12,837 nt of DNA from Polyangiaceae bacterium. GTDB lineage: Bacteria > Myxococcota_A > Polyangia > Polyangiales > Polyangiaceae. This document shows, in pieces, positions 1 through 11,030 of this stretch. The notes beneath the pieces are model-generated. The model was not told the origin of the DNA, did no database searches, and saw only the letters and a list, made by a program, of their open reading frames with translations. Position numbers and translations under genes: made by a program. Location: assembly GCA_044222475.1 (NCBI GenBank), contig JBGANF010000185.1, positions 1 through 12,837 on the forward strand, written 5' to 3'. Within the stretch, counting starts at the first letter, position 1. Each line of letters opens with the position of its first letter.

Positions 1-546
1 GTCTCGAGCTTCAGTCCCAATTGGGTACCGCCGAAGCCGGCGTCGTCGGCCTGCACGCAAGCCAACATCGACCAGTACGCGAAGGACTGCCTCGATCCGC
101 AGACGGGAAACACCACCGCGTGCAACGCGTTCCAGACGGCGAACAAGGCGTGCGTGACGTGCCTCGTGACGCCGGAGAGCGCGACGACCTACGGAGCGGC
201 CATCTCCCAAGCGAACGGTGTGATCAGCTTGAACGTCGGCGGTTGCATCGCGCTCCTCTCCGGCGATCTGAGCGCAACCGGGTGCGGGGCGAAGTACGAA
301 GCGAACCGTCAGTGCGCGTCGGCCGCGTGCGACGAGCCTTGCCCCATCCCCAATGGGGACGATCCGGCGTTCCAGAAATACCTGAAGTGCCTGAGCGACT
401 CGGAGAAGACCAGCTGCAAGACCTACTCGGCCGCGGTGTGTCCGGAGCCCGACGCGGGTGCGGTCGCCGCGTGCTCGCTGAACGGTGCGAGCTTCGTCGA
501 CAACTTCAAGGCGCTGGCGCCGATCTTCTGCGCGTCGGGGGGCTGA
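1..546 (+). CDS. Cys-rich hypothetical protein, probably secreted or a lipoprotein; 5' end lies outside the window
   Basis: Frame 1 is open from base 1 (VSSFSPNWVPPKPASSACTQANIDQYAKDCLDPQTGNTTACNAFQTANKACVTCLV...) to TGA at 544-546. It has GC-ending codons and 15 Cys in 181 visible aa. The ORF-track start at 154 is an internal GTG. Confidence 0.8.
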   Translation, partial: VSSFSPNWVPPKPASSACTQANIDQYAKDCLDPQTGNTTACNAFQTANKACVTCLVTPESATTYGAAISQANGVISLNVGGCIALLSGDLSATGCGAKYEANRQCASAACDEPCPIPNGDDPAFQKYLKCLSDSEKTSCKTYSAAVCPEPDAGAVAACSLNGASFVDNFKALAPIFCASGG

Positions 547-566
547 CTCGCGCGACTTGGGGCTCT

Positions 567-701
567 CTCGAAGAGAAACGCCAGGGAAGGAAGGAGCGCC
601 AGGAGCGCCACGTGAGGGAGAGGGGCTGGTCGACGGGGCACGCCCCATTCACTTGGCGACCCTGGCGACCCTTTCTCCCCTGGCGGTTTTCTCCCTTCGA
701 G
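567..701 (+). repeat. Long imperfect inverted repeat (REP-like palindromic element, copy A) between convergent genes
   Basis: Left arm ctcgaagagaaacgccagggaaggaaggagcgccaggagcgccacgtga (567-615) pairs with right arm tcacttggcgaccctggcgaccctttctcccctggcggttttctcccttcgag (649-701). Inner stem is ggggc...gcccc. Homologous to 5208-5326. Confidence 0.85.
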
Positions 702-723
702 CGTCGCGAGAACGCAACGACGA

Positions 724-1170
<447 letters not shown>

Positions 1171-1287
1171 GGGCGAGACGGTACCCGATTTCGGCGGGCG
1201 CAGTCGAAGGTGCGACACTTGACTACGTTGGACGCAGAGACGGTCGCTTCCCGGTGCTGGGGCGAGCGCCTACGATGCGCTCGCTCT

Positions 1288-2313
1288 ATGCCTGCAAGAC
1301 CCCCCTCGAAGAGCTGGAAGGAAGTCGTCACCGAAGGCGAGGACGCCGAGCTGCGCGCTCTCGCGATCACGCTGCGCGACATCCAGCGCAAGCGTGACGC
1401 GAACGCGACGAAGCGTCGTGCGCTCCACGCGAAGAGCAACATCAACCTGCTCGCCGAGCTCGAGGTGCTGCCCGACCTTCCCGCCCACGCGAAGGTCTCG
1501 CTCTTCGCCGAGCCCAAGACCTACAAGGCCTACGTTCGTTTCTCGAACGGCGGCATCGCGCCCAAGCCCGATCGCAAACCCGACGTGCGCGGCATCGCGA
1601 TCAAGGTCCTCGGGGTCGGCGGCAAGAAGCTCATCCCCGGGATGGAAGACGAGACGACGCAGGACTTCCTCGCCATCCGCGACGCGTCGGTACCGTTCGC
1701 GAACGCGACCGAGTTCATCGCGGCGGTGCGCGCCGGGATCAGCCCGCTCGCGATCTTCGGGTTCTTCGGCGCGGCCGGGTTCTTCCGAGGCATCGGCATC
1801 CTGCGGAGACTCACGGCGGGTCTCGGTCGCCCGATCGCGTCGCTCGCGACCACGCGGTACTTCAGCGCGCTCCCGATCCAACTCGGCGAGCACGCCGTGA
1901 AGTACTCGCTCGCGCCTCGCGAGTCGGGGGGCTCCGCCGACGAGACGCCGGTCGACCTCGGCGCCGAGCTCGCCGAGCGCTTGAAGAAGGGCCCGGTCAG
2001 CTGGGATTTCCAGCTCCAGTTCTTCGTCGACGAAACGTCGACCCCGATCGAGGATCCGACCGTCGCGTGGTCCGAGGAGGAGTCGCCCTGGGTCACCGTC
2101 GCGAGGCTCACCCTCGTCGAGCAGGATCCCTCGAGCGAGCGCGGGAAGAAGATCCACGAGGGCGTCGAGCCGATGTCGTTCGATCCGTGGCACGCGGCCG
2201 TCGAGCTGAAGCCCCTCGGGCAGATGATGCGCGCCCGCAACCACGCCTACCGCGAGAGCACCATCGAGCGCGGCGCGGCGAAAGAGCCGCGCGGCGACGA
2301 CTGGCTGACATGA
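1288..2313 (+). CDS. Small catalase-related heme protein (catalase-like superfamily, 341 aa)
   Basis: Motifs RRALHAK (distal His), YVRFSNG, PDVRGIAIKV, TQDFL, F-x-PWH and RARNHAY (proximal R-x3-Y). ATG 1288 is preferred because the longer 733 ORF overlaps the minus-strand lipoprotein gene. Confidence 0.85.
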   Translation: MPARPPSKSWKEVVTEGEDAELRALAITLRDIQRKRDANATKRRALHAKSNINLLAELEVLPDLPAHAKVSLFAEPKTYKAYVRFSNGGIAPKPDRKPDVRGIAIKVLGVGGKKLIPGMEDETTQDFLAIRDASVPFANATEFIAAVRAGISPLAIFGFFGAAGFFRGIGILRRLTAGLGRPIASLATTRYFSALPIQLGEHAVKYSLAPRESGGSADETPVDLGAELAERLKKGPVSWDFQLQFFVDETSTPIEDPTVAWSEEESPWVTVARLTLVEQDPSSERGKKIHEGVEPMSFDPWHAAVELKPLGQMMRARNHAYRESTIERGAAKEPRGDDWLT

Positions 2314-2338
2314 CGCGGGTCGAGCGTAGACTGGAGCG
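2305..2338 (+). promoter_or_regulatory. Putative sigma70-type promoter giving a leaderless transcript
   Basis: CTGACA (2305-2310), 16 bp spacer, TAGACT (2327-2332), 6 nt, then ATG at 2339. Confidence 0.5.
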
Positions 2339-4021
2339 ATGCATCGCCCCTTCCTCTTCCTGGCCGCTCTCACGCTGATCGTCGGCGCCTGCGGCGGTGA
2401 CGACACGACGACCCCGACCGACGGCGGCGTGCTCCCCGACGGGACCGCCTCGCCCGATGGGTCGCCGACGAACGACGGCGGCCCCATCGGCGACGGGTCC
2501 GTGTCCGCTCCGGTGTGCACGCCTGCGCTCACCGCGGTCGACGTCTCGAAGCCGACCACCGTGGTCGGCACCGGAACCCCCGGGTCGTGCACCGAGTCCG
2601 CGCTCGACGCCGCGATCCAGAAGGCCGGCATCATCACGTTCGACTGCGGCGCCGCGCCGGCGACGATCACGATCACGTCCGAGAAGAAGCTCAAGACCAA
2701 CGCCGACACGACGATCGACGGCGGCGGCAAGATCACGCTCGACGGAAAGAACGCCACGCGGCTGCTCAGCTTCGTCGACGGCAACTACCGCACGTCGAAG
2801 GTCACCGTCACCCTGCAGAACCTCACGTTCACCGGCGGGAAATCCAGCGGAACGGCGATCCCGGTGGCGCCGGCGCCTTGCTCGCAAGGCACCGACGTCG
2901 ACGGCGGTGGCTCGGTGATCTTCGTGCGCAACGGGCTGCTCCACGTCTTGAAGAGCACGTTCAAGAACAACGCCGCGCCGCCGCTCGGGCCGGACGTCGG
3001 CGGTGCGATCTATGCGCTCGGCTCGCTCGGCGTCGTCGTTCAAGACAGCGTGTTCGACGGCAACACGGGCTCCAACGGCGCGGGCATCTACATGCTCAAC
3101 AGCGATCTGACCGTCGTCGGCTCGACGTTCACGAACAACAAGGCGCTCGGCACCGGCGGCAACACGATCGACAAGCAGAAGTGCCCCTCGACGACGAGCG
3201 GCGAGATCGGCAGCGGCGGGAGCGGCGCGGCGATCACGATCGACGGCGGGAGCGACGGTCCTCTGCTCGTCTGCGGCTCGACGTTCACCGGCAACACCGC
3301 GACCGCGCTCGCCGGCGCGATCTTCCGCACGCCGGACGCCGCGGTTCAGACGAGCACCATCCGTGCGTCCACCTTCGACGGCAACACGTGCCCGACCGGC
3401 GGCGGCGGCGCGCTGTACTTCCACCACTCGAACCTCGTGATCGAGTCGTCGACGTTCTCGAACAACTCGGCCAAGGGTGCAGGCGCGATCCAATCCGACG
3501 ACACGACGTTCACGTTCACCAACGACACGTTCTTCGGCAACTCGGCGACCGCCGGGATCGGCGGCGCGATCTCGCACTTCAACGGAGCACCCGGAGGCAC
3601 GATCGCGAGCACCACCTTCGCGAGCAACAAGGCCGAGGGCGGCTCGGGGTTGTTCGCCGCCGCGATCGCCGGGAACACGGCGTACGTCATGACGAACGAC
3701 CTCTTCGTCGACAACACCAGCAAGGACTGCGGCGCGCCGATGGCCTGTCAGACCAAGCCGGGTGGCGGTGGCACGAACCTGCAGTGGCCCGACAAGCACG
3801 TCGTCTGCGCCACGGCGGACTCGGCGTGCGGCACCGGGACGACCTTCGCGGATCCCAAAGTGGGACAGTTGGCCGACAACGGAGGCCCCACGAAGACGGT
3901 GATGCCGCAAGCCGGCAGCCCGGCGATCGGGGCAGGGAAGGGGTGCCCGGCGCTCGATCAGCGCGGCAACCCGAGGAAGAGCCCCGACGGCTGCACGATC
4001 GGCGCGGCGGAAGCTCCATAG
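2339..4021 (+). CDS. Lipoprotein with Pmp-like (GGAI/FxxN) right-handed beta-helix repeats and C-terminal choice-of-anchor-Q-like domain
   Basis: Signal peptide ends in LIVGA-C. Repeated GGAI/GAGI/AGAI and STFxxN motifs follow. C-terminus is LADNGGPTKT...GSPAIGAG..CPALDQRG..R...CTIGAAE. Confidence 0.85.
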   Translation: MHRPFLFLAALTLIVGACGGDDTTTPTDGGVLPDGTASPDGSPTNDGGPIGDGSVSAPVCTPALTAVDVSKPTTVVGTGTPGSCTESALDAAIQKAGIITFDCGAAPATITITSEKKLKTNADTTIDGGGKITLDGKNATRLLSFVDGNYRTSKVTVTLQNLTFTGGKSSGTAIPVAPAPCSQGTDVDGGGSVIFVRNGLLHVLKSTFKNNAAPPLGPDVGGAIYALGSLGVVVQDSVFDGNTGSNGAGIYMLNSDLTVVGSTFTNNKALGTGGNTIDKQKCPSTTSGEIGSGGSGAAITIDGGSDGPLLVCGSTFTGNTATALAGAIFRTPDAAVQTSTIRASTFDGNTCPTGGGGALYFHHSNLVIESSTFSNNSAKGAGAIQSDDTTFTFTNDTFFGNSATAGIGGAISHFNGAPGGTIASTTFASNKAEGGSGLFAAAIAGNTAYVMTNDLFVDNTSKDCGAPMACQTKPGGGGTNLQWPDKHVVCATADSACGTGTTFADPKVGQLADNGGPTKTVMPQAGSPAIGAGKGCPALDQRGNPRKSPDGCTIGAAEAP

Positions 4022-4032
4022 CTCCCGGCGTT

Positions 4033-5136
4033 CTACTCTTCGTTTTCTTCGACCAGCACGAGGTGAGCGCTCTTCAGCTGCTGCGCTTTCTTCGTCAGGA
4101 TCTCGGCGATGTTCTTCGAAAACGCGCTCTGCGGCTCGTACACGTCGTCGAACCCGAGGGAGAGCGGCTCGCTCCCCGCGTAGGGGTCGTGGCGGACGCG
4201 CTCCAGGTCGTCGAGGAAGTCCTGCATCGACGGCGGCCGATTCCGCGGCAGCTTGCGCATCGCCGACATCACGAGGTTCTCGACCGCCGGCGGTACGTCG
4301 GGCGCGTGGGCCGTGAGCGGGCGCGGCTGGGTCGCGAGCTGCTGCGCGAGGATGTTCCCGGTCTCGCCGACGAACGGTAGTCGACCGGTGAGCATGCGGT
4401 ACATGATGATGCCGAGCGCGTAGATGTCGGCGCGACGGCCGACCGGATCGCCGACGGCCTGCTCCGGCGCCATGTACTCGACGGTGCCGACGATGATGCC
4501 CTTCGCGGTGAGGTGACTCTGGCCGCTCGTGCGCGCGAGCCCGAAGTCGATGAGCTTCGCGCCGGTGGGCGCGCCGACCGGGCCGGTGAGGAACACGTTG
4601 TCCGGCTTGACGTCGCGGTGGATCATCCCGGCGCCGTGCGCGGCGTTGAGGCCGGAGGCGATCTCGTGCGCGATCTTGAGCGCGAGCTCGAGCGGGAGCT
4701 TCGGCGTGCGCTTGAACGTGGTTCCCAGCGGTTCGCCGTCGAGGAACTCCATCACGTAGAACGGGTTGCCGTCGGGGCGCAGCCCTGCGTCGAGCACGCG
4801 GATGACGTTGGGGTGGTGGAGCGCGCGGAGGCTCTTCGCTTCGCGCAGGAAGCGCTCCGCGCCGGCCGGCGTGCGCGTCTGCGCGGAGTCGAGGACCTTG
4901 ATGGCGACGCGGCGCTCGAGGTCGGGATCGAACGCGAGAAAGACGCGGCGCTCGACCTCGAAGCGGCCGATGTTCTTCGGCACCGCGCTCGCCGGCCGCG
5001 GCGCCGGCTGGGCAGCGACGCTCACCGGCGGGGGCGAGGCCGCGCTGTCTTCCGCCGGAGCCATGGGGCTCGCGTCGTAGGGGCAGAACGCGAAGTCGGA
5101 CGCGACCTCTCGCTTGCACTTCGGGCAGGTGCGCAC
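4033..5136 (-). CDS. Cytoplasmic eukaryote-like Ser/Thr protein kinase with N-terminal zinc-ribbon-like motif; glycine-rich loop absent
   Basis: Kinase motifs VAIKVL, RFLREA, HRDVKPDN, DFGLA, GTVEYMAPEQ and DIYALG. N-terminal CPKC-x9-CPYD. No transmembrane segment seen. Confidence 0.9.
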   Translation of the reverse strand: MRTCPKCKREVASDFAFCPYDASPMAPAEDSAASPPPVSVAAQPAPRPASAVPKNIGRFEVERRVFLAFDPDLERRVAIKVLDSAQTRTPAGAERFLREAKSLRALHHPNVIRVLDAGLRPDGNPFYVMEFLDGEPLGTTFKRTPKLPLELALKIAHEIASGLNAAHGAGMIHRDVKPDNVFLTGPVGAPTGAKLIDFGLARTSGQSHLTAKGIIVGTVEYMAPEQAVGDPVGRRADIYALGIIMYRMLTGRLPFVGETGNILAQQLATQPRPLTAHAPDVPPAVENLVMSAMRKLPRNRPPSMQDFLDDLERVRHDPYAGSEPLSLGFDDVYEPQSAFSKNIAEILTKKAQQLKSAHLVLVEENEE

Positions 5137-5170
5137 GGACGGAGTATCTACGTCCGCGTCCCGTGTGCAA
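5137..5170 (-). promoter_or_regulatory. Putative sigma70-type promoter giving a leaderless kinase transcript
   Basis: On the minus strand: TTGCAC (5170-5165), 16 bp spacer, GATACT (5148-5143), 6 nt, then GTG at 5136. No Shine-Dalgarno. Confidence 0.45.
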
Positions 5171-5207
5171 GGGCGAGCCTTCGTGCCGACCGCGCGACAG
5201 AGGCACG

Positions 5208-5326
5208 GAGAAACCGCAAGGACGAGGAGACGCGAGGACGCAAGGAACGGAGCAGGGCAGGCACCGTCGACCAGCCCTCTTCCTCCTTGCGTCCTTGCGC
5301 TCTCCTCGTCCTTGCGGTCCTCTCTC
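5208..5326 (-). repeat. Long imperfect inverted repeat (REP-like palindromic element, copy B) immediately downstream of nrdJ
   Basis: gagaaaccgcaaggacgaggagacgcgaggacgcaagga (5208-5246) pairs with tccttgcgtccttgcgctctcctcgtccttgcggtcctctctc (5284-5326). The loop carries the reverse complement of the gggctggtcgacgg seen in copy A. Confidence 0.85.
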
Positions 5327-5335
5327 AGAATTCGG

Positions 5336-8752
<3,417 letters not shown>

Positions 8753-9149
8753 GACCGCCTCCACACTGCTTGTACTCTGCAAATAAAGGGAGCTGGCGAC
8801 GGCACCCAACAAGGTGCGCATCGTCCGAAGCGCCCGCCAATCCGATTCCCACGCCCACTCGCCTCCGAGCGACGCTCGAAGGCACACCGCCCCCAATCAC
8901 TCCGACGCGTTGCGTCAGAGCGTTGTACCTCACGCCACCCGGGGTCCAGCCCCCTCCCAAAATGACAGGAAACCCGCCAACGGCTCGGGTTGCTTCCCGC
9001 TGGTCGCCTCCCCGGTTGGGGCGGGGGACCGAGCAGAAGATCAAGTGTTCAGCAAGATCGTAAGTTCAGGTGCCGCTCGACCCGTCACCTCACCCTACGA
9101 CGTCCCCAATGCTGCCGGACCGCCCAAGGTTTTTGCGACGAGGAGGCAA

Positions 9150-9179
9150 GCTATAACCCCAACCCGTTGGGGTTGTCCA
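9150..9179 (-). promoter_or_regulatory. Putative nrdJ sigma70-type promoter
   Basis: On the minus strand: TGGACA (9179-9174), 18 bp spacer, TATAGC (9155-9150). It sits in a locally AT-richer patch and is overlapped by the degenerate NrdR box. Confidence 0.45.
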
Positions 9180-9203
9180 GTAAATCGACACCAGATCTTG
9201 TGC
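9157..9203. promoter_or_regulatory. Tandem NrdR boxes
   Basis: acaCcAgATcTtGtgc (9188-9203) fits the NrdR consensus acaCwAtATaTwGtg. cccCaAcccgTtGggg (9157-9172) keeps the CaA...TtG positions and starts 31 bp away, the usual NrdR tandem spacing. Both lie upstream of an RNR gene. Confidence 0.75.
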
Positions 9204-9321
9204 TTTTTGGTACGACATCGTCACCGTATGTCGGCCTCGCTTCTAAGATCGTGGAAGCACTGAACTTCCGGAGACCACTATACCCAGGAGGGGAACAGGG
9301 TACCGGTAGGTTGTTCAGGGC

Positions 9322-9330
9322 TTGTCCACA
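9322..9330 (+). promoter_or_regulatory. Possible DnaA box (TTGTCCACA)
   Basis: One mismatch to TTATCCACA and identical to the high-GC variant. Located upstream of the predicted nrdJ promoter. Confidence 0.35.
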
Positions 9331-9372
9331 AGTTCCTCAACTCGCACGCGCGGGGTTCTCGCAGCCCTCCCT

Positions 9373-9482
9373 CAAAAGACGAATGCGGAGGAATGTGGAA
9401 CAGGAATGGGAGTGGGAATGACGGAGGGCGTCTCCATTGCCATTCCCATTCCCGTTCTGCATTCCCCCACATTCGTCCTTTG
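9373..9482. repeat. Long imperfect inverted repeat built from (G)GAATG units, downstream of the M16 peptidase operon
   Basis: caaaagacgaatgcggaggaatgtggaacaggaatgggagtgggaatg (9373-9420) pairs with cattgccattcccattcccgttctgcattcccccacattcgtcctttg (9435-9482). Confidence 0.85.
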
Positions 9483-9503
9483 CGACGGAGAACGGGCTCC
9501 AAC

Positions 9504-11030
9504 TCAGGGAGCCTTGGAGAGCGTCTTCACGGTTTTGAAGTCCTTCTCCGGGTCGACCACGGTGACTTCGCCGAATTTCGCCAGGGCTGGGGCGATCATG
9601 TCGGCGTCGCCCGCCACCACGATCAGCGTTCCTCCCGCGGCGGCGCCGAACAGCTTCGCGGCAGCGGCGGAGGCGCGGGGCGCGTCGACGCTGCGCACGT
9701 CGGCGCGGTAGCGGTCCCAGTAGCCGTCACCGAGGTCGAACGCGTCTTGGAGGACGACGTAGTCGGCGATTGCGGCGACCGTCTCGAGGCGAATCGCGAA
9801 CACGTCGCTGAGGTAGCGCGTCGCGCTCTGCGTCTCGGTCGCATCGATGCCGCTCTTCGCGATGCGATCGAAGTTGTCGAGGATGCCCTGCACCGCGTCG
9901 GCGGTCTTCGGCGTCTGCGTTCCCGCGTAGGCGACGAGCGGCTGCGGCCCGTTCTTGAGCTCCTGGATCGACGACCGCGTCTGGTAGGCGAGTGAGCGCT
10001 GCTCACGCACATCCATGAAGAGACGGCTCGCGACGCCGCCGCCGAGGACGTGGTTCGCGACGCGCAGGTCCGCCCAGTCGCGCGAGTTGCGCGGCGGCGC
10101 GATCTTCGCGACGAACACGTCGCTCTGGACGCTCTTCGCGCGGTGCGCGACGAGCACGCGAATGCCAGCCGGCGGGATCGCGGGCGGGAACGCCGGCGGG
10201 TTCGGCGCGGCGCCCTTCCATCCGGCGAGCTTCGGCTCGGCGAGCTTCGTCGCCTCGTCGAGGGTCACGTCGCCGCAGACGACGAGCTCGCTGTTGGCGG
10301 GCACGTAGTACTTCGCGTGGAAATCGCGGATCTGCGCGTCGGTCACCTTGGCGACCTCGCCGGGGAGCGAGCCGAAGATCGCGTACGGGTTCGCCTCGGC
10401 GAAGAGCTCGCGGTAGAGGACGCGCATCGCCATGAACTGTCCGCTCGCGTGGACGGCCTCGGTCGCGTCGTCCACGAAGCGGGCCTTGAGCTTCTTGAGC
10501 TCGCCCGAGTCGAAGCGTGGCGACGTGATCATCTCGCCGAGCAGCGCGAGCGCGTCCTGAGCGTGGCTCTTCGTCACGCCGACGCTGAAGACCGTGCGGT
10601 CTTGATCGACGTCCACGTCGAGCGAGGCGCCGATCGACTCGAGCTTCTCGAGGAAGCGCGCCGACGTCGTCGTCTTGGTGCCGCCCTCCTTGAGCATCTC
10701 GGCGGTGATCGCCGCGACCGACGGCGGGCCGTAGCCGCTGCCCGCGCGCACCATGAGCCGCACCTGCACGATCGGCAGGGTGTGCGCTTCGGCGACCGCG
10801 ATCGGGAGCCCGATCGACAGCTTGCCGCGCGCCACGGTGGGGAACGGCGACGGCTTTTGGGCCGTGCTCGGGGGCGGCGTCGATTTGGTGCCAAGGGGAG
10901 CGCCGCTCGCCGAGTCCATCGGCGGCACCGGGATGTCGAGGTGGGGAGGCGAGCTCGCGCCGTTGCCGCCGCCGCACGCGACGACGAGGCCGATCGCCGA
11001 ACCGAGGAGGAGAACCGCTGAGCGCTTCAC
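9504..11030 (-). CDS. M16B (insulinase/pitrilysin family) peptidase, non-catalytic subunit; predicted lipoprotein (508 aa)
   Basis: GTG at 11030 overlaps the upstream stop (GTGA). Signal peptide is MKRSAVLLLGSAIGLVVA-C. HxxEH is replaced (AITAEML). C-terminal half has LGGGVASRLFMDVREQRSLAY with the R/Y pair. Confidence 0.88.
   Translation of the reverse strand: MKRSAVLLLGSAIGLVVACGGGNGASSPPHLDIPVPPMDSASGAPLGTKSTPPPSTAQKPSPFPTVARGKLSIGLPIAVAEAHTLPIVQVRLMVRAGSGYGPPSVAAITAEMLKEGGTKTTTSARFLEKLESIGASLDVDVDQDRTVFSVGVTKSHAQDALALLGEMITSPRFDSGELKKLKARFVDDATEAVHASGQFMAMRVLYRELFAEANPYAIFGSLPGEVAKVTDAQIRDFHAKYYVPANSELVVCGDVTLDEATKLAEPKLAGWKGAAPNPPAFPPAIPPAGIRVLVAHRAKSVQSDVFVAKIAPPRNSRDWADLRVANHVLGGGVASRLFMDVREQRSLAYQTRSSIQELKNGPQPLVAYAGTQTPKTADAVQGILDNFDRIAKSGIDATETQSATRYLSDVFAIRLETVAAIADYVVLQDAFDLGDGYWDRYRADVRSVDAPRASAAAAKLFGAAAGGTLIVVAGDADMIAPALAKFGEVTVVDPEKDFKTVKTLSKAP

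Noticed and set aside
4022..4032. Terminator between the convergent beta-helix and kinase genes
   Set aside because: Only 11 bp separate the stop codons and there is no convincing stem-loop with a U-tract.
8753..9145. Cobalamin riboswitch upstream of the B12-dependent RNR
   Set aside because: GGGAA and CCCCGC fragments occur, but not in the canonical order, and I found no GCAACTGT/CCACTG/AGYCAG-ACCTG elements. A cmscan search would be decisive.
9300..9482. Replication origin (DnaA-box cluster)
   Set aside because: There is only one good box, and the other matches (9394-9402, 9463-9471) are parts of the GGAATG palindrome. There is no AT-rich unwinding element or dnaA/gidA-type context.
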